This document shows, piece by piece, positions 25,378 through 38,351 of a stretch of 40,642 nucleotides of DNA (the stretch's first letter is position 1; each line of letters starts with the position of its first letter). This stretch comes from Octopus sinensis (taxonomy: Eukaryota): contig NW_021827585.1 in NCBI RefSeq assembly GCF_006345805.1, forward strand, positions 1 through 40,642. The letters run 5' to 3'. Made by a program: the position numbers and the translations under genes. Under the pieces are notes generated by a model that saw only the letters and a list, made by a program, of their open reading frames with translations, did no database searches and had not been told where the DNA came from.

Positions 25378-26110
25378 AGAAACATACATATATACATGTA
25401 TGCATACAGGCATACATACATACATATATAGTAAATATATAGCTAATCTATGTTCTTGAGGAGGACAAAATACATTTTGTTTCGTCCAATAAATTTATTT
25501 GTGTCTGAGTGTCTGTATGTGTATCTACGTCTTGTTTTCTCCAATCAAATAATAATATTAAGAATAATGAATATTATCGTTAATGTTTTTTTTTTAATTC
25601 TCGTTTTACAACAACAATGACAAAAATGGTAAATAATGTGACAAGAATTACAACTTAGCATAAAACAATGGCAATTATTACAATATTAATAACAAATAGA
25701 ACAAGAACATCGAATTGGAAGCAAATAATGAAAACACCAATAAATAAATGAATGTAAAATAAACATTTAAATCCTAGAATTAAATAACAATAAATCTAAA
25801 CAAGAAAACAAAATTATAAATAACATTGAATTTATAAAAGAATCCACCGTATAACGAATGAAAATGGAACCGAAAACATCGAACAACGACAACAGCCGTA
25901 ATAACATGAATAATAGCTAAAATCTACGACAGGAATAAAAAAATAACAATAATTACAATAATAGCAATGAAAGAAAAATGGCTGAACGACCGTCGAAAAA
26001 TTTATTCCCGGTAATTTAGGGGTCAGAAACGAACAAAACTATTAATGTCCAACTGAAAAGACGTTAGAATTGCTTGAAGAAACCAAAGTTTTAATTATCC
26101 GACCGCCTTC

Positions 26111-26169
<59 letters not shown>

Positions 26170-26285
26170 TCTCTCTGTCTAGGATGCGCAAGCCCTTTTT
26201 AAAAATATATATATTTTATATGACTCGTTCGTTCTCCTTTTCTATCTTTAATAAACCCCTCTCTATCTCTATCTCTCTTTCACTG

Positions 26286-26316
<31 letters not shown>

Positions 26317-26439
26317 GTATAAATCTAGCTATCAATCAATATATCTCTCTCCCTCTCCCTCTCTCTCTCTTCTCTCTCTCTCTCTTTCTAGATATATATA
26401 TTATATATATATATATATATTATATATATATATATATAT

Positions 26440-26496
<57 letters not shown>

Positions 26497-27197
26497 CACA
26501 GGATGACCAAGGGGCACACGGGAAACACATGAAAGACTTGGGCGCCCTTAAAGTGGTGCTCCAGTATGGCCGCAGTTAAATTACTGAAACAAGTAAAACA
26601 ATAAAAGAATACAAGAATACAAGAATATACACTTATATCTCTCACTTTCACATTCAATGTCACTTATAGCTCTCTTTTTCTCAGCATGTCTGCTTACTTC
26701 TCTCTGCCTATCTGTTTCTCTCCTCTTTCTTGCTCTCCCTGTGTGTCTCTCTCTGTCTCTCTGTCTCTCTCTCTCTCAATCTTTCCTTTTGACGTTGTTT
26801 TACTCTCCATTTGTCGCTAAACAATGAGTCTGGCCTTCAAATTCTTCACAATTTATGGACCGCGGTCGTTTCCAAATTACTTGGGCGAATCGGGAATGGG
26901 TGTGTGAAACTTGTGTGTATTTTATTTGCATACTTGAGTGTGGGTATGCGGGTGCTTGAGCATACGTGGATGCGTTTCTGAATGTGACTGCGCTGCTGTG
27001 GATGAATGTATATATATTGCATATACATATCCAAGCATGTGTGTGCGCGCTTGTGTGAGAGAGTAGTATGTGGGTTGAAATATTTAATATGCAAGGATTA
27101 TGCATATACACCATACATATATACACTTACACACACATGAATGTATGCTGTATGCATGTGTAGGTGAGTATAAATATACATATATATACACAAACAT

Positions 27198-27231
<34 letters not shown>

Positions 27232-27249
27232 GAAAGAGAGAGATAAAAA

Positions 27250-27261
27250 GATAGATAGATT

Positions 27262-27323
<62 letters not shown>

Positions 27324-27338
27324 GAGATAGATAGATAG

Positions 27339-27399
<61 letters not shown>

Positions 27400-27423
27400 T
27401 ATTGATAGATAGATAGATAGATA
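27250..27423. repeat. (GATA)n microsatellite
   Basis: Long tetranucleotide run. Confidence 0.95.
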
Positions 27424-28239
27424 AACAGACGGGTGCATACATGCTTATAGCCGTACAGACACGTACAATTGATCCTAGTAAACCGAACCTTCTCTAATAA
27501 TGAAACCAAACAGAGACCTGGATGCGCGACTTTCTAGAAATAGCAACTAAATCTAACATTAATATCATTCTAAAATGTGGAAGGCACATTAGAAAACAAA
27601 TATAGTTACAGACAATCATACAAAGATATATTCATCGAGAAAATAACTTTGTATGAAATAACACACACGCGCACACAATTATATCCACGATCCACCAGAA
27701 AAACAAGATGGTCGCCGTTGGAATAGCACTGATAATAGTTCGGTTCATTATGAATAGAACCGATTCAAAACATGTACTTTTATCAAAGGGGCGCATAATT
27801 ATGTCTTAATTAGTGTATGTATTACAGCGGTGTTTGAACAATAGAATTATTTCGTGTGTAATTATGGTCTAATTAATGCCTCGAAACAAGTATGAATGTG
27901 AATGTGCAAATTTGATATTTATTCTGTATTTACTTAGTGCAGGATTTTGAGAAGCTGGTTAGCCTCTCTGACATGGAAATGAAGTATTAAACGCAGTTTG
28001 AACATATGTGTTCCTGCATGGTTATAGCCTTAGGGTTGAAACGTTTAAAAGAATAAAGAAATGCATATATAATTATATTTTTATATATACTTGGCACTCG
28101 GTTCGATCAACGGAACAGACTGCTCGTGAAATTAGTGACTGAGATCTCCCCAGACGCGTTTCTCAGGAAGATGCACCTTGAAGAGATTTACTCGAATGTC
28201 TCGACTCTATTACTTATCTCTTTCAAAGTTCATCGGTCT

Positions 28240-28388
28240 CTTTGGCCGAATCGCTAAGTTACGCAGACCTACACAAATCAACACTGGTCGTCAAGCTTAT
28301 GTAGGGATGTAGAGGCAGAAACACAAGACGCACATTTACGTACAATGATTTTCTTTCCGTTTACCTAATTCACTCAAAGATTTTGGTC
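28240..28388 (-). mobile_element. Diverged SINE family C fragment
   Basis: gccgaatcgctaagttacg...gtcaagc...attcactcaaagattttggtc. Confidence 0.6.
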
Positions 28389-28474
28389 TGTTGGCTCGGG
28401 TTAGACAAGTCGTCACGGAATCGATCCTACGACAGTTGACTTGCTCCGAATTCTTACAGGTAATATATATATAT

Positions 28475-28516
<42 letters not shown>

Positions 28517-28832
28517 CAAAAACGGTAAGATAACGAAAGAAAGAAAGAGACCTCAAAATTATGTAATAGAGGAAATTTATCTAAAAAATAATATGTTACA
28601 TTTACTCAATAGTCAAGATAAAACTCTGAGTTTCAGATGCCGAAGTGGAAATCCACAACACCATCTCTTCGGTTATCTGGCCATCTGAAAAACGCTATGA
28701 AAAAATACCGTTATATAAAGGGAAATTACTGTGTTATAATTCTGCTCGCGAACCCACGTGCGTACTTATACTTATACTTCGGCATCTGAAACTCAGAGTT
28801 TTATCTTGACTATTGAGTAAATGTAACATATT

Positions 28833-28880
<48 letters not shown>

Positions 28881-29305
28881 ATATAATATATATATATATT
28901 ACCTGTAAGAATTTGGAGCAAGTCAACTGTATAGGCAAATGGTTTCATGATAAAGTGCAAACATTTCATTCTATGACGGACCAAGATGATGAAAAGAGAT
29001 AATCATAGGATCAAGAGAACGAAATAATGTCAATTGTGATTTGGTAACGACATAATAAATTCTCTGGTTCTGGTATTTATAAAAAAAAACTGTGACTATC
29101 ACAGACTAGGGTCGTTGATGTATGTACGAAAACTCCAGACGAATCGAATAGATTGTACAGACCACCATGCTTCAGGAGGTAACATCTCTAGTGATAGGGC
29201 AAAGAAAAACAAAGTACCGAGTGTACACTTGAAAGTGTTTGATAGAAAGTAGTCCATCACGTCGTAGGATCGATTCCGTGACGACTTGTCTAGCCCGAGC
29301 CAACA
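28389..29305. repeat. Nested inverted-repeat structure
   Basis: 28389-28433/29261-29305 (45 bp, 1 mismatch); 28432-28463/28899-28930 (32 bp, 1 mismatch) plus TA tracts; 28587-28646/28776-28835 (60 bp, perfect). Confidence 0.9.
28616..28678 (-). ncRNA. Degenerate hammerhead-like motif in a Penelope-like fragment (28514-28835)
   Basis: agataa-CCGAAGA-gatg...catc-t-GAAA-ctcagag-TT-ttatct. Stem I is 6 bp perfect; the core has U4>C and one extra nt. Confidence 0.4.
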
Positions 29306-29366
29306 TACAAAACGAGCTTAAGTGATTATATATGAGTGGGTGTGTGCGTATATATATATATATATA

Positions 29367-29688
29367 AGTAAATAAATGGAGTTGAATGCAGATGTTATTA
29401 AGATTCTTTTACTTTCGACATATGTTTCGAAGACAACATTGGTTTTATTCCAAAGGAACAAACGGTGTAAAATGCAATCTTCTCATCAGGAAAGAAAGAG
29501 AGCCTATCTCAACAACAAGACATTATAACAATTATAATGACTGCATAACTGATAAACAGAACGTTATTAAGTATTTTTAAAAAAACCGTTAGTAGATTCG
29601 ACGTCAAAGGCATATATGTATATGTAACTAAAGAAAAAAAGTTGTAACAGCTGTAAACAAATGTAAGAAGCATCTATTCTCGCACAAC
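29367..29688 (-). mobile_element. Probable Penelope-like terminal-repeat fragment
   Basis: Unique-looking island carrying the hammerhead, bounded by TA-rich microsatellites. Family assignment is inferred. Confidence 0.55.
29412..29494 (-). ncRNA. Canonical-core type I hammerhead ribozyme
   Basis: ctttc-CTGATGA-gaaga(44-nt loop)tcttc-GAAA-catatg-TC-gaaag. Full core, GUC triplet, 5-bp stems I and II, palindromic stem III ACAUAUGU. Predicted cut between 29417 and 29416. Confidence 0.82.
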
Positions 29689-30977
29689 TATCTATCTATC
29701 AGTCTATCTATGTATAATATATATATAAATATATATATAAGTTTATATATGTATATAAGTGTATATATATGTATATATATTGTATATGTATGTACATACA
29801 TACGTAAGTACATACATACGTAAGAACAGACACACACACTCACGCACACATATATATTGATACACACACACAAACACACACAGACACACACATATATATA
29901 TATAAACACATCTGTTTGTGTAATATACATGTATGCATGTAGGTATGCTTATATTATAATGGAAAGCGTGAGATACATTATCGGAAAAATGTTCCCCCTT
30001 CTTTATAATTCCATTTTGTTTTTTTTCTTTTACTACGGAATAAGTGAAGACGTGGGAAAAGGAATGGCGGGGAGGGACACGAACAGAATCTAAATCAGTA
30101 AGCCATTATCCTATCGGCACTTGTTCCTCGTGTCACTTTTGTTTCATGGTTATTTTTCTAACCTAATGTATTTCTTTAATCAAATCTTCTCCCTCATCTC
30201 TTCTGTTGTCTCTCCCCCCTCCCTCTTAGACAAACACACCATCACACACACACACAGTATAACAACCCTTAATTCCCACAACATACGCTATATTCGAATG
30301 TCTGTCTTCCAAGTTTGGTTTTCATTTCAAAATAACAACGAAACTGTTGACATTCGGATTAATGTTATTTTTATATAATACTTTTTCTAAGACTGTTTTA
30401 TTTCCACAGTTATCATATATATTACACGCATAAAATAAATAACTGTACGTGTGTACATATATGTATGCATATGTATGTGTGCTTATATACATAAGTATCG
30501 TTTCGAAGAGATTCGTATCCAATTCAAATGTATAATGTAAGAATCTATTTAGGCCAAGTGTATGCACTTTATCGTGACATTAGTGCTTGTCAGGGGGACC
30601 CAGAATTACGGTAGTCTCTCACCCAAGAGGTTTTGTGATAAGTAGTCGGTTCTTCAATCAAGACAGCACCGAACAAAAGATTACCATGCAACTCTTTGAA
30701 GATATGGTTGGGGCAGAGAAATGAGGAAATAGAAGTGTGGTTAAATATATACAATTGACTCGGGTTTCAATCAGTTTTTTAGCGGCGGTCAGCAGAAGAA
30801 TGGTTGAAGGCTTTATATGGTGGGCAGGCTGGGGAATACACATTCACGCATATATACACACATATACACCATACCCACACGCTTAGATGCACCGCCACCA
30901 ATTACACGTACATGCTCATGCACCCAAGCCATATGCGCACGCACAGTGAGCTTAGGTATGTATACATGTGTGTGGTA

Positions 30978-31143
30978 CGAGCTGGCAGAAACGTTAGGTC
31001 GACTTTGCCTTTCGTCCTTTCGGGTGTCGATTAAATAAGTACCAGTAACGCACTGGGGTCGATGTAATCGACTTAATCCGTTTGTCTGTCCTTGTTTGTC
31101 TCCTCTGTGTTTAGCCCCTTGTGGGTAGTAAAGAAATAGGTAT
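30978..31143 (+). mobile_element. SINE family B copy with internal deletion
   Basis: Head acgttag is joined directly to gtcgactttgcc (AG microhomology). Confidence 0.85.
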
Positions 31144-31144
31144 G

Positions 31145-31385
31145 ATGTGCCGTGGTTTGTATGTATGTGTGTGGCTTTATGTATGTGTTTGTCCCCTATC
31201 ATTGCTTCATAACGGATGTTGGTTTGTTTACGTCCCCGTAACATAGCGAACCGGCAAAATAGACCGATAGAATGAATACCGGGCTTAAAATATAAGCAGT
31301 GAGGTTCATTTGTTCAACTAAACGCTTAAAGGCGGTGCTCCAGCATGGTAACAATCCAGTGAGTGAAACAGTAAAACAAAAAAGA
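31145..31385 (+). mobile_element. SINE family C 3' half
   Basis: gtttgtcccc...tttacgtccccgtaac...agaccgatagaat...aaaggcggtgctccagcatgg. Confidence 0.75.
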
Positions 31386-31616
31386 AAATTGGTAGTCTTC
31401 ATTTTGATGATTAATCTGCAGAATTAAATTGTTTTGTTGTTCTTGTAACAAAACTACGTTCAGAACAACAAAATCTGATTCCACTTTGGAAACTATTCTA
31501 CCATAATTCAAACAACAGAAAATATGCTAAGAGAATCCACAAAACTGTTGCCAACAACCATCTAATTAATACTCATACCATAAACATCCTTAAGCATATT
31601 ATTTGTCCCGCTGTCA

Positions 31617-31835
31617 TGGAGGCGTGATGGCAGGATTATTAGCACCCCAGGCAAATAAATTAGCGGCAATTTTGTCCGTCTTTCCGTTCTAAGTTCAAAT
31701 ACCGCCACAGTCGCCCTTCCTTTGCATCTTTATCGTTTTATGGTCAATAAAAGAAGTCTCTACTGCGCATTGGATTCGATGTAATCGATTGGACCCTTCC
31801 AACCAAAATGTTTGCATTTGTGCCTATAGTAGAAA
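31617..31835 (+). mobile_element. Old SINE family B copy
   Basis: gttctaagttcaaataccgcc...tcgatgtaatcga...gtgcctatagtagaaaaga. Confidence 0.6.
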
Positions 31836-32460
31836 AGATAGAGTAAGCGAGAAGGCGGAATCGTTACACCGCTGTGCAAAATATATAGAACTTGAAACTA
31901 AAATAAACAAGCATACAAACATATATATCTACATTCAGACACATCTAGGTATATGTACACAGAAATACGTATACTGATATTGAGTACTGTGGTCCATGTA
32001 CTAGACCAACCCTCTTTTTCATAATCCCTGTGCCTATTGTAGTAAGAACTATTTCCGGCACATGTAGTGACTCTGTTATTCATGTAGTCCATTCACTTAG
32101 TAATGAAAGTTCTCCTTAACAGCTAGCCAACAACTTTTGAGAGTTGTAACAAAAAAAAAAAAAACAAGAAGAAAAAAAATGAAAACCATTTGTTACGATC
32201 GCAGTACATGACTGGTGTTTTTCGGGTTCCCGAAAATGATTTAAAAAACGGCAAAAATCTACCTCAGCGGGATTGAAAAACAGGTCTAATTAATCGATGC
32301 ATCCACCGGAATATCCTTATCTACCGTGTTTAGCTTTAGATGAAAAAAAAAAGAGGCATAATTCAATACTGCGAGTCATTTTATTCTTGTCATTCGACTC
32401 TATGATGCTTATCTCGTTGAAACTATTTCCGCTGACCTGTGCTTTGCAAGCATAAGAACG

Positions 32461-32730
32461 CGGACATAGCTGTGTGAATAAAATGCTTACTTTGCAACCG
32501 CATCGTGTCAAGTTCAGTTCCTGTGCATGGCAATTTCTACTATAAGGTTGGGCCGACTAAATTCTTGCGATTGGATTTGGCAAACGGAAAGTGACCGATG
32601 GAATAAGTAGTCAAGATTCCCAAATAAGTACTGGTGTCGATTTCTTCGGCTATACCCTTCAAAGACTGTGCCCCAACAGTCCAATAACTGAAATGCGTTA
32701 AAATAAAAACTAAAAGATAGGAATAAAAAA
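32461..32730 (+). mobile_element. Old SINE family C copy
   Basis: agctgtgtg...agttcagttcc...tggatttggcaaacggaaa...aataagtactggtgtcgattt. Confidence 0.6.
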
Positions 32731-32822
32731 AAAGCAAAGGGACATAACTAAATTCTACAAATCCGTATCGTCTTCCAAAATTATGAAGGTGTTTTGTCGT
32801 TAGAATAATTTCGCTTATCTTT

Positions 32823-33375
32823 AAGACGGCTAGCTGGCGGAAACGTTAGCACGCCAGGTGAAATGCTTAGCGGTATTTCGTTTGCCGCTACGTTGAGTTC
32901 AAATTCCGCCGAGGTCGACTTTGTCTTTCATCCTTTCGGGGTCGATTAAATAAGTACCAGTTACGCACTAGGGTCGATATAATCGACTTAATCCGTTTGT
33001 CTGTCCTTGTTTGTCCTCTTTGTGTTTAGCCCCATGTGGGTAGTAAAGAAATAGGTATTTCATCTGTCTTTACGTTCTGAGTTCAAATTCCGCCGAGGTC
33101 GACTTTGTCTTTCATCCTTTCGGGGTCGATTAAATATGTACCAGTTACGCACTGGGGTCGATATAATCGACTTAATCCGTTTGTCTGTCCTTATTTGTCC
33201 TCTTTGTGTTTAGCCCCTTGTGGGTAGTAAAGAAATAGGTATTTCTTCCCCCGAAGTCGACTTTGCCTTTCATCTTTTCGGGGTCGATAAATTAAGTACC
33301 AGTTGCGTATAGGGGTCGATCTAATCGACTGGCTCTTCCCCCAAAATTTCGAGCCTTCTGCCTAGAATAGAAAAG
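32823..33375 (+). mobile_element. Tandem multimeric SINE family B insertion
   Basis: One head and three gtcgactttg..tttcatcctttcggggtcgat cores. A single 16-bp TSD aatttcgct(t/g)atcttt at 32807-32822 and 33376-33391. Confidence 0.9.
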
Positions 33376-33830
33376 AATTTCGCTGATCTTTGTTTGTATA
33401 ACGAAGTCTGATTTGATTTTATCCTCAGTTCTGGAGTCCCTACCACCGACCACCACATTCACTCTCAAAATCCACTGTTTTGTTTTTGTTGTTTAGATAA
33501 CCAAACAGAATTAAGAAAAAAAATTATTTCTTTAGGTGTTTTGTTTTTTTTTTGTCCTGTGTTGTATTTTCGTTTAATTTCAAAACAATAGCTTCGAGGT
33601 CAAATTTCTGTTGTTATAAGGATAAAATGTCACAAATTACAATTTCTCCTTCTTTCCACTCCGGTCCCACTCCGGTCCGACTCAGCCATCTCCATTAAAA
33701 TACAGTGAAAATTATACGGAAAGCCCTGCGGTAATATATTCACACTTCCCCCGTATTTATCTCGACTAAAGTTGAAAAAACAAATAAAACCATGATATAC
33801 TGGGTTTAATTGAATCAATTATACTTTCCT

Positions 33831-33870
<40 letters not shown>

Positions 33871-34190
33871 AATCTCCCGATCTTGCTGAGTTTCTAAAAA
33901 TACACGGTTTATTTTGAAGGCTGAAATATCATATATTCTTAACGACTCTTATTTTCGGAAAGTGATGTTGTGTTTTATGAAAACAAGAGATCCCTGTTTT
34001 AAGACTGCTAATGACAAAGCTGATTCAGTAAATCGCTGGATTATACTTCAACACGGGACAGCTCCCATATCTTATAAGGGACGTCTTAGGGGCAATTAGA
34101 TAAGGTCTAAGTCGCAATTTTAACCCAGTTGAACAATAACTGCTGAGTATGTTGGCATTATTTTATTGATGCTATTATTATTATTACACA

Positions 34191-34461
34191 GTGGAGGCAC
34201 ATGGCCTAGTGGTTAAAGCAGCGGACTCTGGATCGCGGGTTCGAATCTCAGACCGAGCGATGTGTGTGTTTATGAGCGAAACAGCTAAGCTCCACGCAGC
34301 TTCGGCAGAAGGTAATGGCGAACTTCTGCTGACTCTTTCGCCACAGCTTTCTCTCGCTCTTTCCTCCTGCATCTTGCTGCATCCAGGTGGGGAAACTATA
34401 CGTCAAGGAAACCGGGAAACCGGCCCTTATGAGCCAAGCGTAGCTCGAGAAGGAACAAACA
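34191..34461 (+). mobile_element. SINE family A-related head with tail type 3
   Basis: TGGCCTAGTGG / GGTTCGAATC boxes; TSD attatta(t/c)tacaca at 34177-34190 and 34462-34475. Confidence 0.85.
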
Positions 34462-34497
34462 ATTATTACTACACATATACAAACATTACTTTATTTT

Positions 34498-34711
34498 GGC
34501 ATAGCTGTGTGGTAAGAAGTTTGCTTCCCAACCACATGATTTGGGGTTCATTCCCTCGACGCTGCACCTTGGGCAAGTGTCTTCTATTATAGCTTGCGGC
34601 CGGCCAAAACCTTTTGTGTAGATTTGGTAGGCGGAAGCTGAAAGAAGCCAGTTGCATATATATATACACATACATATAAACATGCATACATACATGCATA
34701 CATAGAAAGAG

Positions 34712-34743
<32 letters not shown>

Positions 34744-34961
34744 TCATTGTATCTCTGCTTGTCCCCACCAATACCGCTAGACAACCGGCGCTGGTGTGTT
34801 CGCGTCCCAGTAACGTAGCGGTTCGGCATAAGTGACCGATAGTATAAGTACTAGGCTTTAAAAAAGTCTCTGGAATCGTTTAATTGGACTAAGAATTCTT
34901 CAAGGCTATGTCACAGCATGGCTGTAGTCTAATGAGTGAAACAAGTAAAAGATAAAAGAGA
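34498..34961 (+). mobile_element. SINE family C copy
   Basis: Colinear with the 23934 copy. Confidence 0.88.
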
Positions 34962-34987
34962 GATAGTTCTGTGTCTGTAGATATGTG

Positions 34988-35395
34988 TTTACTCTTTTAC
35001 TTGTTCCAGTCATTTGACTGCGGCCATGCTGGAGCACAGCCTTTAGTCGAGCAAATCGACCCCGGGACTTATTCTTTGTAAGCCCAGTACTTATTCTATC
35101 AGTCTCTTTTGCCGAACCGCTAAGTGACGGGGACGTAAACACACCAGCATCGGTTGTCAAGCAATGCTAGGGGGACAAACACAGACACACAAATAGACAC
35201 ACGCATACATATATATATATACATATATACGACAGGCTTCTTTCAGTTTCCGTCTACCAAATCCACTCACAAGGCATTGGTCGGCCCGGGGCTATAGCAG
35301 AAGACACTTGCCCAAGATACCACGCAGTGGGACTGAACCCGGAACCATGTGGTTGGTTAGCAAGCTACTTATCACACAGCCACTCCTGCGCCTAT
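34988..35395 (-). mobile_element. SINE family C copy
   Basis: Full-length reverse-strand copy. Confidence 0.92.
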
Positions 35396-35528
35396 ATGTG
35401 TGTGTATGTAATATATATATATATAATATATATATATATAGTATAATAAATGAAATTTCACCTTCTATCAAAGTTTCTAAATTCTTATGACGTCAACAAT
35501 GCATGATCCTGATCCGTTTTTCTTTCTT

Positions 35529-35564
<36 letters not shown>

Positions 35565-35568
35565 AGCA

Positions 35569-35625
<57 letters not shown>

Positions 35626-36759
35626 ATTTTTTTACCTCATCCTTTTCTGTCGAAGTGCTTTAGGCTCGAAACGTAAAATACTTTTTTTAATTTTTCCTGA
35701 GTGTCAAAGTAATACATCGGCCTGTTGTTTGCTCACCTGACTCTGTTTTATACTTTTGTACATATGAACCACATATAAATGTACAAGCCCCCCACCACAA
35801 CCACCACACACGCACTTATATATACGCATACATACATGTGTGTTGTAGTTTGCGTGTGTGCGTGCATGTATGTGTGTGTGTGTGTGTGTGTTTGTGGGGT
35901 GTTCTATGCCACATTAAAAAACTTGCTGTCTCTCCCTGCTAATTTCTGAGTTTCAGCTAGGCAGTACGTATGTACATGAATGTGACTATGAGTATGTAAA
36001 TATATACTCTCTAATGCAAATACCACGATGCAATAATATGTATGTAATCACGATAGATCTCAAACATTGATTTAATGGATCAATACCTCTCTTATTGAGT
36101 CATCATTAAATGCCAGTTTAGCAGGTTAACTGTGATTGGTCAATATAGATAAGTGCATTCCTATTGATTTAGTTTTACACAAGGGACCCTAAAAATTGCC
36201 GTTAGTCGATTGGTCGGTTACTAATAATATAATGATGGCCTTTTTTTCCTCCTTCGCTGTATTTAGTCACGGCAATGTGTTATAAACTGTTTCGAAATTG
36301 GTATATTTATTACATTATGTTATGATATGAATCTCTAGTAGAGAAAGGGCTTATAGAACTATCATGATGGATGGTCATCATTAATCCCCTTATTGCTTAT
36401 ATGTATGTATGTATGTATGTATGTATGCATGTATGTATGCATGTGCGTATGTTTGTATATATGTACGTGTGTATGTGTGTGTGTGAATTTGAATGTTTGT
36501 ATATGTATGTATATACGTATATATGTAATTCCATATTTCATTGTATTGCGTCATGTCATGATCTTATCGTTAAGGTTTTGATAGAAGGGTATTAACTCCA
36601 CCGCATTAATGCAATTACTGCCAACGATGATTACCAAGTTCTTTAATTAGGGTTATAATCGCGGACTAACTGTTCGTCGGGTATATTCTTCAATGACCTG
36701 GTGCGCGCGTGTGTAACCGCATCAACCGATATACTCACACATCTGACGATCCGATATAA

Positions 36760-36970
36760 TACGAGGGGTGCGAAAATGCTCATGGCTTTAAGGGTATCGC
36801 GAAAGGCCTGGCTCGAGGCCCAGCCTTCAGAATTCTTTTACAGGGTTTACAAAAAACTGAGGAACAGCTACAATAAGTGTGTGAATCTGAGAGAGGAATA
36901 TGTTTAATGTAATCAAAATCAACTGATCCTCTTCTGATTTGTTTTACCCTTTTCAGCATCCCCTCTTCTA
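36760..36970 (+). mobile_element. Internally deleted mariner (MITE-like)
   Basis: TA-cgaggggtgcgaaaa ... ttttcagcatcccctc inverted ends. Retains a mariner-like C-terminus WLEAQPSEFFYRVYKKLRNSYNKCVNLREEYV*. Confidence 0.75.
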
Positions 36971-37982
36971 TACTATAAAGTATCTTTAGTCAACTGTTTA
37001 CGAACTGGTGGTGGTTGCTGGCGTATTCAACTAAATCAATGAAATCTACCGGCTTAAAAATTGGTAGCATTTCTGCTTAAATTAGAACATTTGTAATCTA
37101 TATATGGTAGGCGGATTGGTAACATCACTTGAGCGTCATAAAATGTGATGTGCCTAACTATATTTTTCCGGCTCTTGACATTTTGAGTCCAAATCTCGCC
37201 GAGGTGAACTTAGCCATTTATCCTTACAGGTCTATGTATTTCAGAGTAGCAGATTCGATTTCGTTTTAGAAGGGAGAAAAGTATGTGATATTGAGAAACT
37301 GCAACAACAGTGAAATACGTATCTGTCGTATTTGTCGCTCTTACGATAAATTCTGGGGCGATTTTGCTTCGCTTAGCTGTAAAGCATATTGTTGTTTTCC
37401 AACACAATACGTGTATAAAGGGATTTCTTCCGGAGGAAAATTGTACCCTCTGGTTAATATCCACACAAATGCATTAAGTACGCCATATTAATAAGGTACC
37501 AGTCACGCAGTGGTATTGATGTAATTGGCTACATCTTCCTCTCGTATCATTAGAACCGCCGAGCAAATTGCAGAGCGGTGTTTGTTCCAAATTCTGCAGG
37601 GGTCAACTTTGCCATTCATTACTCTGGGATCGATAAAACAGAACACTAATCAAATACTGAAGTCCATATAATCGACTGTTCCTCTCAAGACAGAATTTCG
37701 CTTTTCGGGCTCATGAAAGTAATTATTAAATAACACCATCTTCACCACCACTACCACCACCACCATAACCACCACCATCGCCACCCTTGCCACCATCCTC
37801 ATCGTCTTCACACACGTACACACATATATAATATGTCTAATAATATGTTAAATGACATGTGGTAACAGGTACACGTAAGATGCTCAGAACGAATTTGCGC
37901 CTAAACTCGCAACATTGCATGCAATGTCGTGATGCTTAGCTGTATGTAGATTGGCAACATATCGATCGAGCTACTATGTGTG

Positions 37983-37985
37983 TAT

Positions 37986-38046
<61 letters not shown>

Positions 38047-38210
38047 ATGTATATAGATATAATATATATATAATATTATATATATATATGTATATATAGA
38101 TATATAGATATATATATATATATATATCTATATATATATATATGTATAGAATAATATATATATTATATATAATATATAATATATATATATATATATTATA
38201 TATAATATAT

Positions 38211-38253
<43 letters not shown>

Positions 38254-38296
38254 TATATATATCTATATCTATATATATATATATATATACTATATT

Positions 38297-38345
<49 letters not shown>
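37983..38345. repeat. Imperfect (TA)n tract
   Basis: ~360 bp almost entirely A/T alternation. Confidence 0.95.

Positions 38346-38351
<6 letters not shown>

Noticed and set aside
32823-33375. CRISPR-like or satellite array
   Set aside because: The units are SINE bodies with no unique spacers, in a eukaryotic context.
35641-35680. Hammerhead-like CTGTCGA..gtgc/gctc..GAAACGTA
   Set aside because: A6 is substituted, stem II is mismatched and stem I is weak; at most a decayed relic.
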